Origin: Sedimentisphaerales bacterium
GTDB taxonomy: Bacteria; Planctomycetota; Phycisphaerae; Sedimentisphaerales; SM23-30
Assembly: GCA_963663805.2 (NCBI GenBank)
Contig: CAXXMR010000020.1
Coordinates: 32,001-96,000, forward strand
DNA: 64,000 nt
Direction: 5' to 3'
In this document: one piece after another, positions 1-10,728 of the stretch
Layout of the letters: each line of letters begins with the position of its first letter
How positions within the stretch are numbered: the stretch's first letter is position 1
Position numbers and translations under genes: made by a program
Notes under the pieces: model-generated
Told to the model about the DNA's origin: nothing
What the model saw: only the letters and a program-made list of their open reading frames with translations
Database searches by the model: none

Positions 1-1142
1 AACGCCGCCCGTTAGAATTTGCCGCGCCCGGCATCGCCGACAGGCAGCCGGTGAGTCAGCCCCTCCAGACCGGTATCAAGGCTATTGATTCGATGGTACC
101 TATTGGCAGAGGTCAGCGTGAGCTGATTATTGGGGACAGGAAGACCGGCAAGACCGCCGTCGCACTTGATACGATTATCAACCAAAAAGGCAAGGACGTT
201 GTTTGCGTCTACGTCGCCATCGGCCAGAAAGAATCCACCGTTTCGGGCGTCATGGAGATTCTCGAAAAACACGGTGCTATGGAATATACCATCATCGTCA
301 CCGCTTCGGCGGCTGAACCGGCACCGTTGCAATATATTGCCGCCTATGCGGGCACGGCCATGGCGGAATACTTCATGTATGAGGAAAAGGGGCACGCTCT
401 TTGTGTTTATGACGACCTTACCAAACAGGCCCAGGCCTATCGCCAGCTCTCGCTACTGCTGCGTCGTCCGCCGGGTCGTGAGGCTTATCCGGGCGATGTG
501 TTTTATCTGCACAGCCGCCTGCTGGAACGTGCGGTTAAACTTTCCGATGGACTAGGGGCTGGTTCACTGACGGCGCTGCCCATCGTGGAAACGTTGGAAG
601 GTGAAGTATCGGCATATATTCCCACGAACGTTATTTCGATTACAGATGGTCAGATTTATCTGCGGCCTGACCTGTTTTTCGCAGGTGTGCGACCGGCGAT
701 TGATGTTGGTATTAGTGTAAGTCGCGTGGGCGGCAAGGCCCAGACCCCAGCGATGAAAGGTATTGCCGGACGATTAAGGCTGGACCTGGCGATGTTCCGC
801 GAACTGGAAGCGTTCGCCCAGCTTGGCACCGACCTGGACGAAGCGACTCAGGCTCAGCTCGACCGCGGTAAAAGAATGGTTGAACTGCTCAAACAGCCGC
901 AGTATCAGCCGATGACCGTCAATGACCAGGTTGTTAGCATTTTCGCGGGTTCGAAAGGGATACTCGATAAAATCGGGCTCCACCAGATTTCCGATTTTGA
1001 AGCAAAGCTGCTGGCTATGCTCAAAGAAAAACACGCCGACCTGCTGGAAGACATCGAACGTGACGGAAAAATTTCAACCGAACTGGAAAACAAACTGCTC
1101 GAAGTGATGCACACCTTCGTTGATGGATACAACAAGGAATAA
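1..1142 (+). CDS. atpA: F1Fo ATP synthase subunit alpha (5'-truncated by window edge)
   Basis: [32 protein letters not shown]alker A and [24 protein letters not shown] signature; followed by gamma, beta, epsilon. Confidence 0.98.
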   Translation, partial: RRPLEFAAPGIADRQPVSQPLQTGIKAIDSMVPIGRGQRELIIGDRKTGKTAVALDTIINQKGKDVVCVYVAIGQKESTVSGVMEILEKHGAMEYTIIVTASAAEPAPLQYIAAYAGTAMAEYFMYEEKGHALCVYDDLTKQAQAYRQLSLLLRRPPGREAYPGDVFYLHSRLLERAVKLSDGLGAGSLTALPIVETLEGEVSAYIPTNVISITDGQIYLRPDLFFAGVRPAIDVGISVSRVGGKAQTPAMKGIAGRLRLDLAMFRELEAFAQLGTDLDEATQAQLDRGKRMVELLKQPQYQPMTVNDQVVSIFAGSKGILDKIGLHQISDFEAKLLAMLKEKHADLLEDIERDGKISTELENKLLEVMHTFVDGYNKE

Positions 1143-1165
1143 TTCCGAGATACCGGTAATAATAT

Positions 1166-2053
1166 ATGGCCAACGTAAGAGAAATTGTCAGACGCCGCAA
1201 GTCAATCCAGAACATCGTTAAGATTACCCGTACGATGGAAATGATTGCTACGGCCCGCTTTCGTCAAGCCCAGGATCAGCTCCGCAGCGCCGAACCTTAC
1301 TACCGCGCGGTTATCCAGTTAGTTTCCGATTTGATTCAGGGCAGCCGTATTGTCGAACATCCCTTACAGATGAACAACGAAAACGTTGACCGCACTATTA
1401 TTCTGGCCCTGACCAGCAACCGTGGACTCTGCGGCGGTTTTAACGGGAATGTGATTCGCCTTACCAATGAAAATCTTAAAGAACTTCGTCGCGAAAACCA
1501 CAAAACAGATCTGCGTGTCTCCGGCAAAAAAGGTATCGCCCGCTTTCGGTTCTTACAGCAAAGAATGACCGCCAGCTACACTGGTTTTGATGAAAAAACC
1601 ACCTTTGCGGACGTCGAGAGATTAGCCAACGAGTTGATGCTGCTCTATTCCCAGCGACGAATAAGCACTGCTAAAATTGTATATACGCGATTTTATTCCG
1701 CGGGAGTTCATCGGGCAGAAGTCAAAACCCTGCTGCCCCTGCAAACATTAGCTAAAGAAGAGCGTCATCCTTTGGCTGGCCGTAAAGTACCTTTTGAAGA
1801 ATACGAATTTTTCCCATCAGCCCACCAGATTGTTGATGAACTCATCCCCACTGCTGTTAGAGTCACCCTTTACGACTGCTTCCTGAACAGCCTCGCCAGC
1901 GAACAAGCCGCTCGGATGGCGGCGATGCAGGCGGCCAGCGATAACGGCGGTCAAATGATCGACGCTCTGACCCGCAGCTATAACAGACTGCGGCAGGGAC
2001 AAATCACCGGCGAACTGCTCGACATCATCGGGGGTGTCGAAGCCCTGAAATAA
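1166..2053 (+). CDS. atpG: ATP synthase subunit gamma
   Basis: KITRTMEMIA, SNRGLCGGFN, SEQAARMAAM, YNRLRQGQITGEL motifs; operon position. Confidence 0.98.
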   Translation: MANVREIVRRRKSIQNIVKITRTMEMIATARFRQAQDQLRSAEPYYRAVIQLVSDLIQGSRIVEHPLQMNNENVDRTIILALTSNRGLCGGFNGNVIRLTNENLKELRRENHKTDLRVSGKKGIARFRFLQQRMTASYTGFDEKTTFADVERLANELMLLYSQRRISTAKIVYTRFYSAGVHRAEVKTLLPLQTLAKEERHPLAGRKVPFEEYEFFPSAHQIVDELIPTAVRVTLYDCFLNSLASEQAARMAAMQAASDNGGQMIDALTRSYNRLRQGQITGELLDIIGGVEALK

Positions 2054-2143
2054 AACGGAAAATAGCTCGCGAAAATTGAACCGTGGGTTTGTGTAAACTA
2101 AGCTTAATTATGTAATCCGTTGCCCAATGGAGTACCATTATAA

Positions 2144-3580
<1,437 letters not shown>

Positions 3581-3594
3581 TTGGAACATTCGCC

Positions 3595-4014
3595 ATGACT
3601 GACTACAGCAAAAGCATGAAATTCAGCCTCATCACCCCTGATGAGCATTTCATCGAGACCAAGATAACCCAGCTCAAGATTCCCGCCCACGACGGCCTGC
3701 TGGGTATCTGGCCCGGCCATTCGTCATTGCTCTGCCAGCTCAATCCCGGCCTGCTCTATTATCAGGATGCCCTGCTGGATGAATACCTGTTCTTCGTCGA
3801 TAACGGCTTCGCCCATGTCTGCGACGATGAAATCATGATTCTCACCCGCATGGTAATGACCTCCGAAGACATCCTCATCTCCGAAGCCGAGGAAATGTTG
3901 CTCGAAGCACAAATCCTTCCCATGAACACCGCCGGCCTGGTAGAATCACGCACTACCGCCATCCATCGCGCCCGCGAACTAATCAAACTCGCCAAAATGA
4001 GGCCCAAACAGTAG
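3595..4014 (+). CDS. atpC: ATP synthase subunit epsilon (divergent)
   Basis: LITPD...IPAHDGLLGIWPGH...GFAHV pattern; directly after atpD. Confidence 0.9.
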   Translation: MTDYSKSMKFSLITPDEHFIETKITQLKIPAHDGLLGIWPGHSSLLCQLNPGLLYYQDALLDEYLFFVDNGFAHVCDDEIMILTRMVMTSEDILISEAEEMLLEAQILPMNTAGLVESRTTAIHRARELIKLAKMRPKQ

Positions 4015-4139
4015 TACCCCCCTTTATCTTTAACCGCGTTATAATGTTGACTGAAAACAGGGCAAAGCGGACCTGTCCCGTAATATCTTCAACTCGCCCG
4101 GCGTTTGAGCCGATCTACCCAGCAGCCCGGCAAACCCGC

Positions 4140-4286
4140 TCAGAAACAAAGCAAGTCTACTCAGAAACTAAGCAAGTTTACTTAGGGGCAAAGTCAATTT
4201 ACTTAGAGGCAAAGTAAATCTACTTAGGGGCAAAGTAAATTTACTTAGGAGCAAAGTCAATTTACTTGAGAGCAAAGTAGATTGGA
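4140..4286. repeat. Seven degenerate 21-bp tandem repeats (consensus about TTAGRRGCAAAGTMAATYTAC)
   Basis: Units start at 4140, 4161, 4182, 4203, 4224, 4245, 4266; intergenic; no spacers. Confidence 0.9.
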
Positions 4287-4355
4287 GTTATCGGTCAGTA
4301 AGTTTCCGGCCAAGTACACCTTGGCTGACAATTGGTGGATTGCGGTTGGGGCGGG

Positions 4356-5882
4356 TTAATTTTGCGGGGTTTTCCAGTTGGCGGGCAGGAGGGTGTCGAT
4401 TTGGTTGGCGCCGGTGGTGGAGATTTTTCTGAGGACATAATTGAAATACGCGAATGGGTCGTGATTGTGGAGTTTGCAGCCGGCGACCAGGCTGTAGATT
4501 ATGGCGGCGCGTTCGGCTCCAGCTTCGCTGCCGGCGAACATATAATTTTTTCGGCCAATGACTACCATTCTCAGCGTTCGTTCCGAAAGATTATTATCGA
4601 TGCTCAGCCGTGGGTCGCTGGTATAGCGGACCAGGGCATCCCACTGGTTCAGGGCGTAGGTGACGGCTTTGCCCATATTATTTTTAGGCAGAACCTGTCC
4701 CTGATACTCATCCAGCTTCGCCCGGATTTCGGCAAAGATCGGCAGGGCTTCTTCCTGGCGGGCTTGCAAAAGTTGCTCCGGCGAATATTTTTCCGCTTTT
4801 GCCCGTCGCTCGATTTCATAAAGCTTACCCCAGAGCACCATAAAATGTGCCGCCCGCACCGGGTCGCTGTCTAAAGCGTATTCAAACTTCCGCCGCGCAT
4901 GCGCATTACAAGCCACCTCAACGGCATCGGTAGCCCGAAACAGTTCATCATAGCCGCTATAAGCATCTGCATGCACAAAACCCTGATAATCTCTGCCGAT
5001 AAAATTTAGCGGACCTTCGCGCGAACGCGTCGGCGTAAAATCAAACGCCACATTATAATCAGTATCGATATAAACCCACAAATAGCCCTTATACGTGGAT
5101 CCTTTACGGTTTTTGCTCTTGATGGGGATGGAGGTATCATCGGTATAAATGATTTCCGACTGCTGAATCTTCTCCCGCATACGTTTGACCAGCGGCTCCA
5201 GCAGTTCAGCGCAACTGCCCACCCAGTCGCACATGGTTGAGACGTTGATTTCCACGCCGTGCCGCTTAATAATACCTTCCAGACGGTTCAACGGCTGGTG
5301 GTCCGCATACTTGCTCGTTATGATATACGCCAGCAAACCTTCAGCGGGAATGCCTTTGTCGATCGCCATGGGCGGCAGTTCGCCAATCGAGATATTATTC
5401 TCGCAAACCTTGCAGGCGTATTTGCTTCTGACATAACGCTGAACATAAAAAGATGCGGGCACATAATCCAGCTTTTCGGTTACTTCCTCGCCGATACGTT
5501 CTTTTTCGTTATGGCATACCGGGCAGGTTTTTTCTTCTTCGGCAGGTTCAATGTCGATAGTTTCGCGGCGCAAATTTTCCGGCAGCGGCTTGCGGCCTTG
5601 ATGATTAGCATTCTTACGGCCTTTGACAACCTTGGCGCGTGAGGGCTTCTGCTGTTCAATCTTCTGTTGAACTTCCTCGTAAAGATTTTCAAACAACAAA
5701 CGCTGAGCCGGATCGAGCTTTTCGCTTTTCTTGCCGAACAACTGCCGCTTGAGATAATACAACTGGCCGCTGAGATCATCAATCTGACCCAACAGCGTCA
5801 GAACCATCTCTTTAAGAGTGGCAACATCATCGGGAAGCTGCTCGACAGAGCTTTGAGCGGTTATCTTTTCAGCCATCATCAA
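4356..5882 (-). CDS. tnpC: IS66 DDE transposase TnpC
   Basis: LFGKKSEK coiled coil, CPVC/CKVC zinc finger, DDT, DAYSGY, CNAHARRKF, IDNNLSERTLR motifs. Confidence 0.97.
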   Translation of the reverse strand: MMMAEKITAQSSVEQLPDDVATLKEMVLTLLGQIDDLSGQLYYLKRQLFGKKSEKLDPAQRLLFENLYEEVQQKIEQQKPSRAKVVKGRKNANHQGRKPLPENLRRETIDIEPAEEEKTCPVCHNEKERIGEEVTEKLDYVPASFYVQRYVRSKYACKVCENNISIGELPPMAIDKGIPAEGLLAYIITSKYADHQPLNRLEGIIKRHGVEINVSTMCDWVGSCAELLEPLVKRMREKIQQSEIIYTDDTSIPIKSKNRKGSTYKGYLWVYIDTDYNVAFDFTPTRSREGPLNFIGRDYQGFVHADAYSGYDELFRATDAVEVACNAHARRKFEYALDSDPVRAAHFMVLWGKLYEIERRAKAEKYSPEQLLQARQEEALPIFAEIRAKLDEYQGQVLPKNNMGKAVTYALNQWDALVRYTSDPRLSIDNNLSERTLRMVVIGRKNYMFAGSEAGAERAAIIYSLVAGCKLHNHDPFAYFNYVLRKISTTGANQIDTLLPANWKTPQN

Positions 5883-5995
5883 TCCGTAACGTTTAGTAAC
5901 TTCGTCATCCTTAACGATGAGATTATGATAAGCGAAATGATGAAAAAAGCAAGCATAAAAATGAGAAAATATGTAATATTCTTAACTCTAAGAGC

Positions 5996-6355
5996 CTATA
6001 GCGAGCTTTTACGCTCATAGCGTTTTCGGCGGCGACTGCGAAATAAATCAATGCCTTCCAGTATCCAGCTTAGCTTGGCAATATCAACTTCGATTGATGC
6101 CTGATTATTTTTGCCGGGGATTTTTTCAAACGTGCCTTCCTCCAGCCGCTTATACCAAACGACGAATCCGGTGCGGTCCCAGAAAAGAATCTTACATTTG
6201 TCGCCGCGTTTATTGAAGAACACAAACAGATGGCCGCTGAACGAATCTTGAAGCATGAAGTTTTCCGCCAGCATCGAAAGCTTGTTAAAACCGCAACGCA
6301 TATCCGTCGGCTGAGAGTAAATGAAAATCTTCACCGCCGGGGGCAGAGTTAGCAT
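5996..6355 (-). CDS. tnpB: IS66 accessory protein TnpB (IS66 Orf2; not the IS200/605 nuclease)
   Basis: PTDMRCGF...LFVFFNKRGDKCKILFWDRTGF..WYKRLEEG. Confidence 0.95.
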   Translation of the reverse strand: MLTLPPAVKIFIYSQPTDMRCGFNKLSMLAENFMLQDSFSGHLFVFFNKRGDKCKILFWDRTGFVVWYKRLEEGTFEKIPGKNNQASIEVDIAKLSWILEGIDLFRSRRRKRYERKSSL

Positions 6356-6699
6356 AGCTTTGCCTGTTTTAGCGCGGAAAGAACGCCGGTTAAAAATGCA
6401 TCGTCGATATTTGAAGGTATCCGCAATGTATGGCCAGCCGCCAGAACAAGCTCCAGAGAACCGGGCTGGGACGGGGGCATCGAAACGCGAATGAAGGCCT
6501 CCGGCTGCGCCTCTGACTTGCTGTCGTAATCAGAGTTTCGGGCTTGGGTCAGACGCCTGCGCCAGGAATAAAAAGATGGCTCAGATAAACCTTCCTGCCG
6601 ACAAAACTGACGAACGGATAACCCACTGGATTGAAATGTCTCCAGCACCATCCGCCAAAACTGCCGCTGTTCCGTATCAGATTTTCGCGCTTTGCCCAT
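6349..6699 (-). CDS. tnpA: IS66 accessory HTH protein TnpA
   Basis: SGLSVRQFCRQEGLSEPSFYSWRRRL HTH; overlaps tnpB start. Confidence 0.93.
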   Translation of the reverse strand: MGKARKSDTEQRQFWRMVLETFQSSGLSVRQFCRQEGLSEPSFYSWRRRLTQARNSDYDSKSEAQPEAFIRVSMPPSQPGSLELVLAAGHTLRIPSNIDDAFLTGVLSALKQAKLC

Positions 6700-7007
6700 G
6701 ATTGCCTCTCCATTAAATCATGAGCCGTATTATCAATTTTTCAAAGAACCCCGCAAGATGCACTTGGCCGGAACCTTACATCGGTCAGCATGTCGATATC
6801 AGTATTTTGCAAGCCTGTTTTATAAGACTTGCAGTTAGAAATCAGACATCAGCGGTCAGATATCAGTTATAAGACTTTAATAATATCTTTTTGACAGGAT
6901 GTACAGGATTTATAAGATTTAGCTGGCCTGGCCAGGCCAAACCTCCACTCCTGCCTCTAGCCTTCCTTTTAAGAAGAAATAAATGTATCGGACACAGTTT
7001 CCGTTTC

Positions 7008-9872
7008 CTAAAGCAATTCGCCAAAGTCCGTATAGCCACGACGTCCAAAATAATCTATCAGGGATCGGGCCTTATCGTGAACTTCACCTGTCACTTTAAT
7101 CGCCTTCCCCAAAATTATCTTTGCCGAATCACGATAACTGTATATGTGCCAGCCTTCTTTGTCGCCTCGTACAATTATATCAAGTATTTGAACTGACTTG
7201 AGCATATCCACATCTACTATTTCTACCAGCTTATCAAGAATAGGGCGGTCGGATTCTGGTGTTGGAACGATCTCGACAAATTGCTTAAAACGATCCAATA
7301 TCCATTCTGACGGGAATTGCCCGCATGTGAACCATGTTCCAAACATCCACGCATGATGCTCCTCTTTGGCATCATCTTTGCCTGATACTTGCCAGTAAAA
7401 ATCCCACAATTCCATGAATCGCTCAGAGATTTCACAAGGAAGATCCTTTTCGCCCTCTAAGCTTTGTCCTATAAATTCAATCGCATGACGACGAATTTTG
7501 GAATTTGCCTTCTCAAGAAAGGTTCTTAATAGTCCGTTATCATCATCTAACCCGAGTTGTCCCCGACCATAAAGGAGCATCAAATGCTCACCAAGATGAT
7601 ACATGGGTTGTTCGGAAGTATCCTCTGCCAATTCAACTTTTGTTGCCTGTTTGACGGTATAGGCGAACTGGTGTTTAAATAATCGATAGAATTCGATGTG
7701 TGGTCTTACCCATATCAAAAAGGCGTTCCATGCCGCCCACCCTTCGGCGATGGATAGTGTTTGTTCAATCCCCCTCAATTGAAAGATGTTTTCTGTATTT
7801 TTGGACAACCAGTCTCTATCTATCCAGTAAAGTAAGCTAATTTTTGAGCCAATTACCGACATGACCTCGAAACATCTATTCGATGATTCTATCTGTTTTT
7901 TCAGCATATCTCGAACTTCCGGCATGGCATTGAAACCATTGGGGATAATTTCTCGTTTGCCATTTGTTTCTTTAATATGATTGGCTATCCATCGAGCATA
8001 TTCCAATGCAGCATCAACCGCTTTTCCGCGGGGTGAATTAATGCCGAGATTGAGATAATCATGGATACGAGGATCATCTTGGGATGTATCATATACTATA
8101 TAAGACTCATTTCGATCAAGGCAAAGTGACTGGAGCAGTTTCCAGATGGATTCTCGAATCCCATCCATAGAATATCTTGGTGCTTCACCCTGTTTAGCCT
8201 TGCATATATTTTCTATGAATCGGGTAATTTCATCCCGAGCCCACTGCCAGCCTCTATCAACTAACATTTCATCATCTTGTTCAACTGTCGTATGTTGTTC
8301 AATAGGCTGTTCCATAATCCATTGACATAGATCAAGAATGGCAGATAAATTAACATTGTGCTCATTCTTGACTGCCTCACTCATCTGATTAAGGAATTTG
8401 CGAACAAAAATAGCAGGCTGATTAATTAGAACCTTAGCATCATTCGAAAAAAGTTCGGGATTAGTAGCGATATATTCCCCAAAAGTTGCGGCAAGGCCTT
8501 CGATGTTCGGCCCCATGAATTGTGATGTTTCCGGTTGCCATGAAGAAACCTTGTTCACTATCTGCTCAAAAGTCAGACCTTTAAAATCTTCAGCCGTCAT
8601 TGGACTCTCGTCTCCCCAGCGAACAGGTCCCGAATAGATATTCATGTCTGCTAGTTGAGGCTCACCCTGTTCCAAGAGCATTTGTTCATAGAATCTCAGC
8701 TTTTCTCCTTTTAGATGTGTTCTTACCAGGTGTAGTTTTTCGAATTTCCAGTTGTTTATTCTGTCTTGTCGGTCCTGTTCGGTTGCATCTCGCCCCAGGT
8801 GAACTTTAATGCTTTCGTCAAAATCAGACATATCCGGTCCGGCATCGATCCAACCAAACCATTTGTCTTGTTCCTCCGGCAAAAGAAGGTTCAGGCGTTG
8901 GCCTATCAGCATCGCATATTCATGTTTGAATCTATGACTGTCAAAGAATTTATGATTAAGCATCTCTTTGCGAGCCAAATTAGGATTTTGCTCAGCGAAC
9001 TGGTTAATGAGATGAAGCCTTAATCGTTTAAAAATAAGATAGGTATAAAAATCAAGTATCTCAAGAGCCTTATCAAGAGAGATACTTTTGCTTTGAATAG
9101 CCTTTTCAAAACCATTTCTAACAAATCCTACCATTACGCCCGAGAAATCTCGGTCACGATTTTGTTCGTGTTCCTCAATGGCAGGCCGCCAGACATATGA
9201 GGAATCCCAACCTGTGTCCGGTTTAACATGTTTTTGAGCGTCAATTGAAACCTTAAGCCAGTTACATAATTCTGGCAGGAACTCTTGTGGTTTCTTCTCC
9301 GCAAGCAAAGGAGCTATTTTCTTCAATCCCTCCTTGTACCAAAAATCATTACGTTGATCAGTTCCTTTTTTTTCCTCCTCGAATACCGGTGTGAATAACG
9401 CCTCTGCCAACTCCATTGCGGCATCAATTTCACTTCCTTTAGCCAATTTCAGGCACAAGTTACTTGCGCCTTTAAAGTTTATCCATAATAGATCGTTTCT
9501 GGCAGCTTGACATATCTTCGGAACTAGCCTGATTGCCACTTCAGTGGGCATGGCTAAAGCCGCATCCAGCATATCACCTATAATCGATGGATTATCAGTT
9601 TCAATGCTTGAAAAAATTCTTGCTACTTCATCGGGGGCTTTGGTGGCCATACGCACTAGGTAGCCTGAAACGGGCCATCGAGGAAAATGAGTACCTCCTC
9701 CTTTAACCAGTTCTGCTTTAGGTGGGTATTTAAAAACATTAAGGTCATCTAATGGCTTAATCCATAGAGGATTCTCTAGACGCGAAAAAAAATAAATCTC
9801 GTGCTGTGGCGAGCTTAACATTGGTATAGTAGCATTGACTTGCTTATTGGTTGGCTTGATATAGGATTTCAT
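7008..9872 (-). CDS. Large (about 954 aa) helical-looking hypothetical protein; putative sensor or scaffold of a defence-like pair
   Basis: Long intact AT-rich ORF; likely start ATG 9872 (MKSYIKPT) inside the upstream gene's 3' end; no P-loop or clear catalytic motif seen. Confidence 0.8.
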   Translation of the reverse strand: MKSYIKPTNKQVNATIPMLSSPQHEIYFFSRLENPLWIKPLDDLNVFKYPPKAELVKGGGTHFPRWPVSGYLVRMATKAPDEVARIFSSIETDNPSIIGDMLDAALAMPTEVAIRLVPKICQAARNDLLWINFKGASNLCLKLAKGSEIDAAMELAEALFTPVFEEEKKGTDQRNDFWYKEGLKKIAPLLAEKKPQEFLPELCNWLKVSIDAQKHVKPDTGWDSSYVWRPAIEEHEQNRDRDFSGVMVGFVRNGFEKAIQSKSISLDKALEILDFYTYLIFKRLRLHLINQFAEQNPNLARKEMLNHKFFDSHRFKHEYAMLIGQRLNLLLPEEQDKWFGWIDAGPDMSDFDESIKVHLGRDATEQDRQDRINNWKFEKLHLVRTHLKGEKLRFYEQMLLEQGEPQLADMNIYSGPVRWGDESPMTAEDFKGLTFEQIVNKVSSWQPETSQFMGPNIEGLAATFGEYIATNPELFSNDAKVLINQPAIFVRKFLNQMSEAVKNEHNVNLSAILDLCQWIMEQPIEQHTTVEQDDEMLVDRGWQWARDEITRFIENICKAKQGEAPRYSMDGIRESIWKLLQSLCLDRNESYIVYDTSQDDPRIHDYLNLGINSPRGKAVDAALEYARWIANHIKETNGKREIIPNGFNAMPEVRDMLKKQIESSNRCFEVMSVIGSKISLLYWIDRDWLSKNTENIFQLRGIEQTLSIAEGWAAWNAFLIWVRPHIEFYRLFKHQFAYTVKQATKVELAEDTSEQPMYHLGEHLMLLYGRGQLGLDDDNGLLRTFLEKANSKIRRHAIEFIGQSLEGEKDLPCEISERFMELWDFYWQVSGKDDAKEEHHAWMFGTWFTCGQFPSEWILDRFKQFVEIVPTPESDRPILDKLVEIVDVDMLKSVQILDIIVRGDKEGWHIYSYRDSAKIILGKAIKVTGEVHDKARSLIDYFGRRGYTDFGELL

Positions 9873-10509
9873 CGAGTTCTTGTGTACCTGCAAAAAAATC
9901 ACCCACAAAACTATAAAGCATTCCCTCAAACTTGTTAAATTGGGTTTTAAGTTCAGATTCTTCAATCTGTGGCGCTTCTTTAGTACGAAGATGTGTTCGG
10001 TCCATAAACCACTTCCGCATCTTTTTGAAATCTGCAATAACCCTTTCATTTACAACACCTTGAGATGGCTCATTTCTCATTAGGTGACGAAATAGTAATT
10101 CATAATTAGATGGCCGTTTTCTTCTTTTTTGATGATCTTTAACTAGTGAATCTATCATGATAGCTAAGTCATAATCGATAGTCACTAGGTTATGTTGAAA
10201 ATCCTTATTATCGTTATTTGTAATTTTATTGAGATTTGGCCATTTATTCATAATCTTATCTAGAGTGGCCTCATATTGGACTCGGTTGCCTTCTAATTGA
10301 GGATCAAGAACAAATACTAATCTGTCTGCGATATCACGGACAGCATGAGCGATAAAATGTACACGTCCATGGTGGTGTCTATCATGGAGCAATTGAATTG
10401 CTCCATAATATGCGTCTGCTAATGGTGTAGCATTCAGCCTAAACCAGTTGAGTAATTGAATTTGTTTTGGGGATAAATAGGGGAATTCAACATTACTTTC
10501 ATTGTGCAT
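9844..10509 (-). CDS. 221-aa hypothetical protein, loosely HEPN/abortive-infection-like
   Basis: Intact ORF with IAHAVRDIADRL and KMRKWFMDRTH motifs; overlaps downstream gene by 29 nt; function inferred only. Confidence 0.7.
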   Translation of the reverse strand: MHNESNVEFPYLSPKQIQLLNWFRLNATPLADAYYGAIQLLHDRHHHGRVHFIAHAVRDIADRLVFVLDPQLEGNRVQYEATLDKIMNKWPNLNKITNNDNKDFQHNLVTIDYDLAIMIDSLVKDHQKRRKRPSNYELLFRHLMRNEPSQGVVNERVIADFKKMRKWFMDRTHLRTKEAPQIEESELKTQFNKFEGMLYSFVGDFFAGTQELDEILYQANQ

Positions 10510-10694
10510 ATTATCTACGCCAATATTTTGCTTGTTCTATGCTCATTGCTTTTTCCGCCAAGGCAATAGTGAGCAGTTATTATACGTATTAAACTAACGT
10601 AACATTTTAGCCAAGTGAAGCAAATTCTATAGCTTTTGGGTTGGCTTGTGCAAAAAAAAGACAAAAAAACTTCAAAATGTTAAGATGGGTAATT

Positions 10695-10722
10695 TGCGCT
10701 ATTGCGTGTAATGGTTTATAGT
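10695..10722 (+). promoter_or_regulatory. Sigma70-like transposase promoter TTGCGC-N17-TATAGT
   Basis: Canonical spacing; ATG 10729 follows the -10 by 6 nt (possibly leaderless). Confidence 0.6.
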
Positions 10723-10728
10723 TTCAGC

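Larger units (their letters stand above)
4298..6779 (-). mobile_element. Complete IS66-family element (tnpA-tnpB-tnpC)
   Basis: 26-bp terminal IRs GTAAGTTTCCGGCCAAGTACACCTTG / GTAAGGTTCCGGCCAAGTGCATCTTG (3 mismatches); 8-bp TSD ATCGGTCA at 4290-4297 and 6780-6787. Confidence 0.97.

Noticed and set aside
4140..4286. CRISPR array
   Set aside because: Contiguous 21-bp units without unique spacers; no cas genes in the window
5996..6355. RNA-guided TnpB nuclease
   Set aside because: 119-aa IS66 Orf2 protein with no RuvC motifs; it only shares the name
9873..10049. 59-aa N-terminal extension of the 1013-aa ORF
   Set aside because: TTG start deep inside the upstream gene; the ATG at 9872 is more plausible
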